A DNA stretch of 64,000 nucleotides, from NCBI GenBank assembly GCA_037310415.1, contig CP147780.1, positions 1,920,001 through 1,984,000 on the forward strand, in the 5' to 3' direction. The position numbers and the translations under genes are program-made. The stretch comes from Candidatus Atabeyarchaeum deiterrae (GTDB lineage Archaea > Asgardarchaeota > Atabeyarchaeia > Atabeyarchaeales > Atabeyarchaeaceae). Numbering within the stretch: the first letter of the stretch is position 1; each line of letters starts with the position of its first letter. Below are positions 19,615-29,318 of the stretch, piece by piece. The notes below the pieces were generated by a model, which was given only the letters and a program-made list of their open reading frames with translations, had not been told where the DNA came from and did no database searches.

Positions 19615-19901
19615 ACTATCACATCCTTTTGATCGTTGAATTATCTAATGACTAGAAAGGTGCCGAGGGCACCCTGAGTTCTAGCTGCTCACACGTTTTC
19701 TAGGATTGGATGTGTGGACAAGTTAAACCTTGCCATCGTTCAAGCTTAACTCCTGGGCATGAGGGATTCAGGAACTCGACAGTCCAAGACCTTGCAGGTC
19801 CACCTGCGAGGCGGCCGTGAGATTCAGGAATCAAACATTTGTATGATCTGAGGACTGAAATACACTTTGCGTTACGCGATTTCACGTATTTCTTGACATA
19901 A

Positions 19902-19917
19902 CTAAACAAGTGTTTAG
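19902..19917. promoter_or_regulatory. Palindromic candidate transcription-factor site
   Basis: CTAAACA-AG-TGTTTAG in an AT-rich divergent intergenic region, just upstream of TATA-like GTTAAATAG/TTATA. Confidence 0.4.
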
Positions 19918-20003
19918 CGTTTTGACGCCTAATGTTAAATAGTTATACGGAACAATGATACTTCAAAACGTTTGAGTCAAGGAAGATTAGAGGTGCAAAG
20001 AGA

Positions 20004-20144
20004 ATGAAAGAGTGCAAATATGCACATAGGTTGGAGAGCGGGAAACCCGAATGCAAGGATTCTTCAATGGTCTTGTATGTCGGACTGTATTGTGACCCTG
20101 CCATGTGTGAGAAGGTCAGGAAAGGCGAAATAAAGGCAATATAG
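20004..20144 (+). CDS. Small 46-aa four-Cys protein upstream of the glutamate synthase operon
   Basis: Not in the track. MKECKYAHRLESGKPECKDSSMVLYVGLYCDPAMCEKVRKGEIKAI, with a GAGGTG SD sequence 8 nt upstream. Confidence 0.55.
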   Translation: MKECKYAHRLESGKPECKDSSMVLYVGLYCDPAMCEKVRKGEIKAI

Positions 20145-20335
20145 AGAAATTCGGGTGCTCAGCTAATCTAAGGATCAACAGCTTTCATGCCGGAAAAGGA
20201 ACTCGTATCGTCGCCTCCTATTGCTGCCTTCGTGCGAGTGCTTGCGCGCCGTGTGGGAGGAAAAGCTTATCCCTCACAACATGCAGATCGCTGAGGTGAG
20301 ATCGAGGAAGGCTTGGAGATGTTTGGTGTCTTCTG

Positions 20336-21709
20336 ATGAAAGCAAGATTCGAGAGATATCATGTTGAAGTGAAGGATGCCCCTCCAAAATTCAAGATACC
20401 GAGTCGATTCATAGTAGAGCGGTACAACAACTGTGACAATGTTCAGGAATGTGTTCAATCATGCATATACGGTGTTCATGTGGTAGGCAAGGACAATAAG
20501 ATTGCTGAGCCCATCAATGAACTGTGCAGAGGATGCTATGTCTGTGTCCAAAAGTGTCCTGATCTCGCCATCTCTGTTAGGGATAATCCAGCGTTTCTAG
20601 CACTTGGCAATTCGTATTTTACGTCAGATCGGATGAAGACAATCTTTTTTGAGGCAGAGACAGGTCGGGTGCCCGTGTCTGGAACTGGTTACAGTGGTTC
20701 TTTTGCCGGAAAAGGTTTCGACGGAATCTGGTTCGATTTCTCGGAAATCGTAAGACCGACACGCGACGGGATTCACGGCAGAGAATATATATCCACATCA
20801 GTCGACTTGGGAAAAAAACCGTCATGCCTCGCTTTTGATGAGAAGGGAAAGCTGCTCTCCGAGAATCTGAACCTAGTGGAGATCCCTATTCCAACAATTC
20901 TTGATGCTCCAGCAGATTGTGCATCGTCGAAACCTCTGTTCCTCGCGGTGGTGAAGGCGGCTTCAAAGCTCGGGACATTTGCGACTGTCAGTTTGAAAGA
21001 CAGTCATATCGATCTACTTCCTTACGCTTCGAACATCATGCTGAAGTTGAGTCCCGACGAAATTGAAGCAGCTGAAGACATGATCCGTCTCTCTAGGATC
21101 GTTGAAATCAACCTTCAGAATGGAGACTCTGACGTAGAAGGTTGCATTAGAAGAACAAAAAAGATCAATCCTTCCGTACTGGTCGCGTTCGGTTCTTCTT
21201 ATGATGAACATTCTCACGAGAAAGCATACACGCTTACCGAAAAAGGCGCGGATGTAATTCATTTCCACACGCCTGATGAGGTTGCCGAGCACAACCCTGA
21301 CTTCATCACTGCCGCGATCCATCGCGTTCACTCACATCTTGTTGAGAAGAATGTGCGTGACAAAGTCACTTTTGTCCATAGTGGGGGAATTGCCGAGGCG
21401 GCACATGTACCAAAATCCATTATCCTGGGGGCGGATGCCGTCGGCATCGGTTCGGTATATCAGATTGCTTTGGGATGCAAACTGTGCAATGACAATCAGC
21501 GCTCCGGTGAGTGTCAACTGAAGATTGAAGATCAAGGTGTTGAATGGGCAGTTCAGAGGATCGTCAACCTTGTTGGGTCATGGAGAGATCAGCTCCTTGA
21601 GGTCATGGGCGGAATGGGCCTACGAGAAGTAAGGAGGCAAAGAGGAGAGACGGGTCGAGCGATGTTCTACCAAGACTTGGAGACAAAGATTTTTGGAGGG
21701 AAAGCATAA
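20336..21709 (+). CDS. Glutamate synthase-related FMN-barrel subunit with N-terminal ferredoxin domain (degenerate)
   Basis: CRGCYVCVQKCP, DFSEIVRPTRDGIHGRE, SGGI and LGADAV; lacks MSFGS and QGAKPG. Confidence 0.8.
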   Translation: MKARFERYHVEVKDAPPKFKIPSRFIVERYNNCDNVQECVQSCIYGVHVVGKDNKIAEPINELCRGCYVCVQKCPDLAISVRDNPAFLALGNSYFTSDRMKTIFFEAETGRVPVSGTGYSGSFAGKGFDGIWFDFSEIVRPTRDGIHGREYISTSVDLGKKPSCLAFDEKGKLLSENLNLVEIPIPTILDAPADCASSKPLFLAVVKAASKLGTFATVSLKDSHIDLLPYASNIMLKLSPDEIEAAEDMIRLSRIVEINLQNGDSDVEGCIRRTKKINPSVLVAFGSSYDEHSHEKAYTLTEKGADVIHFHTPDEVAEHNPDFITAAIHRVHSHLVEKNVRDKVTFVHSGGIAEAAHVPKSIILGADAVGIGSVYQIALGCKLCNDNQRSGECQLKIEDQGVEWAVQRIVNLVGSWRDQLLEVMGGMGLREVRRQRGETGRAMFYQDLETKIFGGKA

Positions 21710-21741
21710 CGCAAGAGCAGGTTCTTTTCAGCAAACCTAAG

Positions 21742-23256
21742 GTGGCACCCGCGCCTCCAATTTCTCCATGTCGCATGGAAAAGTATGAGGTGATCATTGA
21801 CAAGGCAAAATGCACGGAGTGCGCCAGCTGTCTTGAAATATGCCCGGAATATTTAGCCCAAGCACCCGTGCCCTATGAGGCGTTCAAGAAGCCTGAGGGT
21901 CGGATTATCCTCCGGAATCCGCTGAGCGTGTGCATTGGTACTGACTGCAGAAGATGCGAGGAGGCATGCGAAGCACGCGGATTGTTGGTCAGAGTCAGCC
22001 CTCAATACCTCGCGCTTGGCGACCTGCGCTGGACCGCCGACCTAATACTGTCGAGTTGGGAAGAAGCAGAACTTGGCAAAGTCTCCGGAAGACTTGAACA
22101 CAGGATCGGCAACTCAGGCGGAGGTTTTGACAGACTTAGATTTGACTTCGAGTCAAACGAAACGAAGCCTTATAATTATGACGCGTTCGAAAATGCAGAT
22201 GTGGACACTTCGATTTCCCTTAATGTGAGGGACGATGGTAGACCAAGAATCGAGATCCCCATACCAGTTTACGGTGCGGATATGTCCTTCGGCTCGATAA
22301 GCCTGAACGTTATGCTGGCGAGGGCACAGGCGGCAACGGATTGGAACACTTTCACGAGCACGGGAGAAGGAGGCTATCCGAATGAGCTGGTTCCATACAA
22401 GGATCATGTCATTACTCAAGTTGCGACGGGTCATTTTGGCGTGAACGCCGAGACGTTGAAGAGAGCTCGGATCATTGTCCTGAAGTACGCTCAAGGCGCG
22501 AAGCCTGGTCTTGGAGGACATCTGCTTGCTGACAAAGTGACTCCGCAGGTTGCGCAGCTTCGTGAAGTTGTGCCATTCATAAGTCTGTTTTCTCCTTTCC
22601 CCTTTCACAACGTATACTCTGTGGAAGACCATTACAGACATGTCCAACTAATGAAAGACGTGAACTCGAGAGCCCTAGTTTCAGTCAAAGTTTCTACTCC
22701 GACAGACGTAGACATGGTTGCAATTGGAAGCTATTACGCGGGCGCCAACATACTGCAGATCGACGGAGGAATGGGGGGAACGGGTGCTGCTCCCGACATT
22801 GCCAAGAAGAATATTGCCATGCCGATTGAGTATGCGATTCCGATTGTTCACAACTACTTGGTTGGCGAAGGGGTAAGGGATGAGATCGTGATAATGGCGA
22901 GCGGTGGAATAAGAACCGCATTCGATGTCGCAAAGATCATCGCATTAGGAGCGGATGGAGCTGTGATAGGAACATCTGAGCTTGTTGCACTCGGATGCAC
23001 CAGATGCGAAAACTGTGAAAGAGGAAGGGGATGTCCCTCAGGCATAGCAACCACTGATCCCTTTCTGACGAGCCAAGTCAAGATAGAATGGGGTGCCCAG
23101 AGAGTGACCAACTTATACAATTCATGGAAAAAACAGTGGCACTACATTCTGACAAAATTGGGGCTCAGAAGCATAAGAGAACTCCGCCCCAAAAACGAGG
23201 TTAGGTTCAAGGATGGTATGTTCGGTCACCTTATCCACCTTGACCATTTGAGGTGA
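21742..23256 (+). CDS. gltB: Glutamate synthase FMN-binding subunit (GltB2-like) with N-terminal ferredoxin domain
   Basis: CTECASCLEICP, MSFGS, TGEGG, QVATGHFGV, QGAKPGLGGHL, DGGMGGTGAAP and CTRCENCERGRGCPSGIAT. Confidence 0.88.
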   Translation: MAPAPPISPCRMEKYEVIIDKAKCTECASCLEICPEYLAQAPVPYEAFKKPEGRIILRNPLSVCIGTDCRRCEEACEARGLLVRVSPQYLALGDLRWTADLILSSWEEAELGKVSGRLEHRIGNSGGGFDRLRFDFESNETKPYNYDAFENADVDTSISLNVRDDGRPRIEIPIPVYGADMSFGSISLNVMLARAQAATDWNTFTSTGEGGYPNELVPYKDHVITQVATGHFGVNAETLKRARIIVLKYAQGAKPGLGGHLLADKVTPQVAQLREVVPFISLFSPFPFHNVYSVEDHYRHVQLMKDVNSRALVSVKVSTPTDVDMVAIGSYYAGANILQIDGGMGGTGAAPDIAKKNIAMPIEYAIPIVHNYLVGEGVRDEIVIMASGGIRTAFDVAKIIALGADGAVIGTSELVALGCTRCENCERGRGCPSGIATTDPFLTSQVKIEWGAQRVTNLYNSWKKQWHYILTKLGLRSIRELRPKNEVRFKDGMFGHLIHLDHLR

Positions 23257-23260
23257 TCAA

Positions 23261-25837
23261 ATGAACACGCAAAGAGCTAGATTTGTATCACCAATGAAGT
23301 CAACAGACCGCGCCGTCGACACAAAAGGTGACTCGAGAGTTGCAGAAGGTGGATGCGGCGTCCTAGGAGTTGCGTGTTCTGTCCCAATAGAAGGAAGACA
23401 CCTGCTACAGCCAATGCTACAAATGCACAACCGTGGTAATGGCAAAGGCGGCGGTATCGCCGCAGTCGGGCTTTCCAACCAACAGTTAGGAGTCTCAAGA
23501 AAGGTTCTGGAAAAAGACTACTTGCTGCAGATAGCCTACCTTGACCCTGAATCAAGAAGTCACGTTGAGGCTGAATTCATTGAACCAACTCTCAACGTCG
23601 ATTACGTAGAAAAGATCCCGACACTTTCTGATTACAGAAACCTGGGGTTGGAGGTTAGGCCACCGGAGGTCTGGAGATACTTTGTTCGTGCGAAAGACAG
23701 AGCACTAAGAGAATTCAGTGAGCAACATCTGTTCGAAAAGCTGGATGACCAGCACGCAGAGGACGAGTTTGTCTACAGGAACAGCTTTGCTTTGAACAAG
23801 AAGTTCTATGCTTCTCTTGGAGAGAAGAAAGCGTTTGTCGTCTCGCATGGCAAGAACATGATTGTCTTGAAAGTTGTCGGATACGCGGAAGATGTTCTGA
23901 AGTACTATAAGCTTGAGGATCTCGAAGCCCATGTCTGGATCGGTCATCAAAGATATCCAACAAAGGGCAAGGTTTGGCATCCTGGAGGATCACATCCATT
24001 TATCGGCCTTCACGATGCGCTTGTCCACAACGGTGACTTCGCGAACTATTACTCAATAACAGATTACCTCAAGCAGAGAGACTTGTATCCGCTTTTCTTA
24101 ACCGATACCGAAGTGGCCGCGCTATACTGGGACTTGTTGACGAGAACCTATCAATACCCATTAGAGTACGCTATAGAAGCAATAGCTCCAACGACCGAAA
24201 GAGACTTCGTGATGCTCCCGGAAGAGAAGAAGAAGGTCTACCGCGCAATCCAAGCAACACACATGCATGGATCCCCAGATGGCCCGTGGTTTTTCATCAT
24301 TGCCAGAAATGACCCTCACAAAAAACTGCTTCAGCTCATAGGAATAACTGACACCTCAATGCTCAGGCCGCAGGTTTTCGCACTTCAAGAAGGAAACGTG
24401 AAGATAGGGCTTATCGCATCCGAAAAGCAAGCAATTGATGCAATGATATCTAGCTTAGCGCAGGATGGCAACAAATTCTATCCGATGGCTGATCAATACT
24501 GGTACGCTAGGGGCGGAAGTTATACCGATGGCGGAGCGTTCATATTCACTGTTGACCAGTCTGGCAAAGACCTGATATGCACCGACAAGTTCGGTCAACG
24601 CATCTCAACTGCAAGGCAGCGTCACTATTCCAGGGAAAGCGTCGCCGGCGGCAGCCATCAAAAGCGTTTCGTTAACGTTGACGAAATTCTGACAAGAAGG
24701 ATAGGAGGAACGGGTGAACTTGTCGACCTTGTTTCAGAGAACCTTAAGCACTGGAACCTTGGTGAACTAGGTTACCTTGTAGAAAAACTGAGGACATTTG
24801 CTGAAAAGGGCGATGATGAGCGATCCTACGCGGTCGAGGTCTTCACCCATATCATTGACAGAAGGCTCGACACGGGAGACAAGAAGAGAAGCGATGTAGT
24901 GTCCCTAGTAGAGGAACAGCTTTTCGAACTCTTCAATTTCGTTCCTCAAGTCGAATCTAGTTCGAATGGACGATACAACCTAGTCAACTGGGAGGAAAAG
25001 GGCAAGTTGAGGAGCCCCTTGAATTCTAATCAAACCTTGGTGATCGACGTTTACGACTTCAAGCCAGAGGGAGACGATGGGACATGTCAATTCCTTGAGA
25101 AAGCATGCCAACTCGGATGGCGGAACATCATCGCCTACAACTTCAGGGGACAAAGAAACTTTGGAGCTGGTTTGATAACCAGAGACAAGCTTAGAATCGA
25201 CGTCTATGGAAGAGTAGGAGATTGCCTAGCTGCTTTCGCAGACGGTCCAGAATTCTACGTGCACGAGAGCGCCCAGGACTCAGTCGCCTACTGTTTCAAG
25301 TCTGGAAAACTTGTCATCTATGGAGACGCAGGAAAAGCATTTGAGTACGGTGCTAAAGGCGGAATCACATACATCTTGGGCGACTTGAATGACAGACCTC
25401 TAATCAATTCGGTTGGAAGTGCGACTGCCTTGATAAACGGGTCATGCAAGGACTACATGGGCGAGTCATGCATGGCTGCTAACGGGTTCATTATTCTGAA
25501 TGGTGTCCGATTCAACGAACATGGAAGACCTGTAGAACAAGAGACTCCCTACCAGGGAGGAAATCTCTTCCCCTTGGCCGCCGCAGGCGCAGTATATCTG
25601 AGAGATCCACGCCAGACGGTTGGCGAGGACCAACTTAATGGCGCACAAATCGTGTCACTGTCTGCGCATGACTGGCAAAGGGTCTTGCCGCTTCTAGAGG
25701 AAAATGAGCGCCTGTTCGGGATAAGCATTGAGAATCTTCTCACTGTTGATGGAGTCATAAGGGAACCAGAGGAAGTGTACAGAAAGGTCGTCCCGGTGGA
25801 AATTGGGGCGCTGGCGAGATATGAAAGCGGAGTTTAA
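23261..25837 (+). CDS. gltB: Glutamate synthase class II amidotransferase + GXGXG domain subunit (GltB1/GltB3-like fusion)
   Basis: AEGG-CGVLG, HQRYPT, HPF and HNGDFANY; C-terminal beta-helix repeats (GQRNFGAG, GDAGKAFEYGAKGG, DYMGES). Confidence 0.88.
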   Translation: MNTQRARFVSPMKSTDRAVDTKGDSRVAEGGCGVLGVACSVPIEGRHLLQPMLQMHNRGNGKGGGIAAVGLSNQQLGVSRKVLEKDYLLQIAYLDPESRSHVEAEFIEPTLNVDYVEKIPTLSDYRNLGLEVRPPEVWRYFVRAKDRALREFSEQHLFEKLDDQHAEDEFVYRNSFALNKKFYASLGEKKAFVVSHGKNMIVLKVVGYAEDVLKYYKLEDLEAHVWIGHQRYPTKGKVWHPGGSHPFIGLHDALVHNGDFANYYSITDYLKQRDLYPLFLTDTEVAALYWDLLTRTYQYPLEYAIEAIAPTTERDFVMLPEEKKKVYRAIQATHMHGSPDGPWFFIIARNDPHKKLLQLIGITDTSMLRPQVFALQEGNVKIGLIASEKQAIDAMISSLAQDGNKFYPMADQYWYARGGSYTDGGAFIFTVDQSGKDLICTDKFGQRISTARQRHYSRESVAGGSHQKRFVNVDEILTRRIGGTGELVDLVSENLKHWNLGELGYLVEKLRTFAEKGDDERSYAVEVFTHIIDRRLDTGDKKRSDVVSLVEEQLFELFNFVPQVESSSNGRYNLVNWEEKGKLRSPLNSNQTLVIDVYDFKPEGDDGTCQFLEKACQLGWRNIIAYNFRGQRNFGAGLITRDKLRIDVYGRVGDCLAAFADGPEFYVHESAQDSVAYCFKSGKLVIYGDAGKAFEYGAKGGITYILGDLNDRPLINSVGSATALINGSCKDYMGESCMAANGFIILNGVRFNEHGRPVEQETPYQGGNLFPLAAAGAVYLRDPRQTVGEDQLNGAQIVSLSAHDWQRVLPLLEENERLFGISIENLLTVDGVIREPEEVYRKVVPVEIGALARYESGV

Positions 25838-26045
25838 CGGCTTCCATTGACCATGGCAGCTCCCGTTAACATAACCTGCCTCCTACGTTTTCTAGGTTTC
25901 CGCGTGGGATAAAAAAAACAGCCATCAGAAAACAGGAAGTGCGGTTAGGCTGAAATGAGGGAGCAAGTCTTTGAAGACTCAATGCCCATAGATATGGCTC
26001 TCTGGCTTTGCAATGAGATTCGAGAAGAGATTGCTCACAGGAGAT

Positions 26046-26588
26046 TCAGTTTGATGATTTCGCATTCTGAGGTATGCTCTCAAGCTTGGCTATCTGTTTC
26101 ATAGTCTCCTCGTATTTGCGAGTAGATTTGAACGACCTCCATCTCTGCAGGCGCACCAAGAATACACTGGTAATTGCTATGAAAAACGCGAGACATGCAA
26201 ATCTGAAAACCCAAATCAGAAGATCTGCGGGACCCGTATGTAATATGAACCTGACGACCTCTTCGGCAGCAAATACGAAGAAGATAACCGAGAAGTAGAG
26301 ACGAGTTCGATCGAGTTTCCTTCCGAGGGCTGACCCCTCGATTTCACCAAGCCCATGCCTCCAAACTTTCTTGTAGTACCTTTTTGCTCTGCGAACCTCA
26401 CCTTGGCTAAGAATGTAGGTGAATGCGACAGCTATCACATATACGAGGAAGGCCACGCCAAGCAATACGAGTATTATTAGGATGATGATGGCGCCATCGT
26501 TTGAACCCGAAGAGATTCCCGAGAAGTCCCAACTACCTTTAGACCACTTCCTTCTGTTCCTTTCCTGACTGTGAGGATCATTCGACAT
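26046..26588 (-). CDS. Hypothetical membrane protein (about 3 TM)
   Basis: Three hydrophobic segments with basic loops. Confidence 0.6.
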   Translation of the reverse strand: MSNDPHSQERNRRKWSKGSWDFSGISSGSNDGAIIILIILVLLGVAFLVYVIAVAFTYILSQGEVRRAKRYYKKVWRHGLGEIEGSALGRKLDRTRLYFSVIFFVFAAEEVVRFILHTGPADLLIWVFRFACLAFFIAITSVFLVRLQRWRSFKSTRKYEETMKQIAKLESIPQNAKSSN

Positions 26589-26801
26589 GTCTTCACTTCT
26601 CTTCCTTCAGTAGGCAACGGACTACAGTCAGATGCTCTCAAACCAAAAGCTGGAGACCATATCGCCGGTCCATTAGTTTCAAGTGATTAACCGATTCTTG
26701 GTTTCGACTACGCTTCCGTATGACGAAAGACTTCTTCCCTATCTCGTTCTTGATCATCTGAACGATGTTATAAGTTCAATGATTGATGGTTGGGCTCACA
26801 T

Positions 26802-27335
26802 CTACTCGATCAATAGGAAGGCATAGCGGTTCATGGTATCCGAGTAATTCCTGAGGACTTCAATCGGATAGCCCAACGACCTCACGGTAGCGAAGACATC
26901 GACAGCCATCGCGTCGGAAGTAGGTCGCGAGAGCTTGGGTTGTTTGCATGTTTGTCTGTTCCCTGTGCATTCTTCGCATAGCCCGCAACTATCCATGACG
27001 AGGAGAAATGCTTTCCGGTAACCTAATAGGAAGACCTCTTTTTCCAACTCAAGAAGTTTCAGATTCACTTCTTTTGACCATGCGTGTCGGTCTTCTGGTT
27101 TGGCCACCTTCTTTGCGAAGTGAAAGACAGCTGCCTCGTTATATTCTTGGAAGAACTTCTCGCACTCTGAGACAGAAGGTGTATTTGGAGGGCATGAAGC
27201 ATTTCTGCCATACTCCCAACATCCAAACATGCATTTCATCCTCACCCATTGGGAGACCACGATTTCCTTTGGATCAATCCATTTGAAATCGTCGAATCCT
27301 TTTCTCAGGAATTTTTCCTCTAAATCGATCTTCAT
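26802..27335 (-). CDS. DUF2284 metal-binding protein
   Basis: WVRMKCMFGC, CPPNTP, SCGLCEEC, RPTSDAMAVDVFATV; start MKIDLE just after the ribA stop. Confidence 0.85.
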   Translation of the reverse strand: MKIDLEEKFLRKGFDDFKWIDPKEIVVSQWVRMKCMFGCWEYGRNASCPPNTPSVSECEKFFQEYNEAAVFHFAKKVAKPEDRHAWSKEVNLKLLELEKEVFLLGYRKAFLLVMDSCGLCEECTGNRQTCKQPKLSRPTSDAMAVDVFATVRSLGYPIEVLRNYSDTMNRYAFLLIE

Positions 27336-27342
27336 CTTCAAG

Positions 27343-28101
27343 TCATCTCCTAGAAATGATTTTCCGTATTTGCGGATGGTTAGCGGAACGTTTTGGTTTC
27401 TCTGTGGTGGCGCGTAATGAGAGTAGGTGTCCAAATCGAGTCTTCTTTGTCTCCAGATATGCTCGGTTGTACTTGTTGGGATGGGTTTCTATGGGGACTC
27501 TTTCCTCGATTTTCACACCGTAGCGCTCAAGCTCAGTGATCTTAGCGGGATTATTGGTCAGCAATCTGATGCTCCTCACGTCAAACTTCTTCAACATCGC
27601 GGCTGCCAATTCATAGGATCTTTCATCTGGTTTGAATCCTAGGTCAACATTAGCGTCATATGTATCTTCTCCAGCGTCCTCGAGCATGTAGGCTCTGATC
27701 TTATTTGTCAGCCCGATTCCTCTACCCTCTTGTTGCATGTAAAGCAGTATGCCAAGTCCTTGTCTTTCAATCATGTCTAATGACAGGTCAAGTTGGTCGC
27801 CGCAGTCACACCGCAGGGAGCCCAACGCATCACCAGTCGCACAGGAGGAGTGAAGTCGAGTAAGAATGTTCTCTCCGTGGAGAACGTTTCCTTTGACCAC
27901 CATAATGTGGTCTTTCTTGTCTTTATTGTTGAGAAAACCTACAACATTGAAGTGACCCCGTCGCGTCGGGAAATCAGCTATAGCTATTATCCGAAGGCAA
28001 AGTGATCTGTCGCAATTCTCGCAATCCCACTTAAGCGCGCAACTATTGTACTCTTCAATGTCCTCTTTTAACATTTGATTGTAAGATGCTTGTATCATCA
28101 A
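27343..28101 (-). CDS. ribA: GTP cyclohydrolase II
   Basis: RLHSSCATGDALGSLRCDCG, QEGRGIGL, LLTNNP and YLETKK motifs. Confidence 0.93.
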   Translation of the reverse strand: MMIQASYNQMLKEDIEEYNSCALKWDCENCDRSLCLRIIAIADFPTRRGHFNVVGFLNNKDKKDHIMVVKGNVLHGENILTRLHSSCATGDALGSLRCDCGDQLDLSLDMIERQGLGILLYMQQEGRGIGLTNKIRAYMLEDAGEDTYDANVDLGFKPDERSYELAAAMLKKFDVRSIRLLTNNPAKITELERYGVKIEERVPIETHPNKYNRAYLETKKTRFGHLLSLRATTEKPKRSANHPQIRKIISRR

Positions 28102-28184
28102 GATTCATCCCAAGATAGGCCAATTATAGATAAACTGTTGAGTGGAGCAGAAAAGCATTTGCTTTTGCTAAATGAAGTGCCACA

Positions 28185-28319
28185 CTACGTTTTGAATTGG
28201 TCTACTTCCTCTTGTATGAACTCCTTTTTCTTAAGCCATTTCCTAGACTCAGTTCTGAAGTGCACCCAATTCACCCCAAGTGGATTGTCTTCAATACAGC
28301 AATAGCTTCTACCAACATC
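28185..28319 (-). pseudogene. Internally deleted remnant of a paralog of the GNAT gene at 13401-14168
   Basis: DVGRSYCCIEDNPLGVNWVHFRTESRKWLKK-KEFIQEEVDQFKT* matches both the N-terminus (YCCMGDNPPGVNW..ESRKWFK) and the C-terminus (AIQEEIDK) of that GNAT; no in-frame start nearby. Confidence 0.8.
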
Positions 28320-28390
28320 GAGCCGGAATGCTTGATAATCACTGACGCTAGGTGCGTCCAGTGTGGATGGTCATGTTCTTGGTGATTCGT

Positions 28391-28999
28391 TTACTTCTTC
28401 AGTTCTCCAAGAAGGCAGTAGTGCCAAGTTGAGTCTACCCAAATCCGGTGAATTCTGAAGTTGCTGAATTCCTTCTTTAGTAAGCGTTCATTGAAGATGT
28501 AGTGAGTCAATCCTTTGTCTGGGCCATCCAATGGAATGAACGTTCTTGGCGCAATGGTCTTTGAGGCTCTCACGTTTCTCTTGAGCACTGTTATGAACAG
28601 AAGACCGGACGGCCTTAGTATTCTCTCCATTTCTTTGATCAGTTTTCGTATGTCTTCAATCACAGAGTGATGCATGACTTCGACACTGATTATTGCGTCG
28701 AAGAATTCATCCGGATAAGGAAGCTTGTCATAGATATTCCCTATCTTTAGATCAGCTTTGAGGTTGCGTTCCTTCAGCCATGATTCAGTGAGTCGCATCC
28801 CTTCTCTCGCAATATCAATTCCATGCACCTCAAAGTCCATCTCTGCTAAGTAAACTGTATGTCTGCCCGACCCGAACCCCAAATCAAGAATTCTCTTCAC
28901 ACCATGTTCTTTGAAGAGTTCTGAGACCTTGGGAATATCCTCTTGGACTTCGGTGAATATCCTTCCCTCTCTTTTGAAAGCTTCATTCCATTGTTGCAT
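28391..28999 (-). CDS. Class I SAM-dependent methyltransferase
   Basis: ILDLGFGSGRH, GIDIA, FDAIIS and LRPSG motifs. Confidence 0.9.
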   Translation of the reverse strand: MQQWNEAFKREGRIFTEVQEDIPKVSELFKEHGVKRILDLGFGSGRHTVYLAEMDFEVHGIDIAREGMRLTESWLKERNLKADLKIGNIYDKLPYPDEFFDAIISVEVMHHSVIEDIRKLIKEMERILRPSGLLFITVLKRNVRASKTIAPRTFIPLDGPDKGLTHYIFNERLLKKEFSNFRIHRIWVDSTWHYCLLGELKK

Positions 29000-29318
29000 A
29001 TGAAACACAATTGCTACACATGGATCCACAGGGATTTGAATCTTGAGACGCTTCATGCAAATCCTTGATTCGTTCCAGAGGAGTATGGTACGCTGCGCAT
29101 TTTGTAGGCAAGCATTGCCCTGATTTTCTCCTTAAGCCTATTGCCTGAAAGGACCTCCAGTTGCTCGAAGGGTGACTTCCACTCTCCAAAGAAGAGTTCT
29201 GAAATGGTCTTGTTAAGTCCACCTCCTTCGATCACGTTTAATACAAGAACAACCAACAACTAGAGAGTAGATGTCGTAAGCCACAGTTTGTGAAAAGAAT
29301 CGTTTGAGGAAGATCAAG

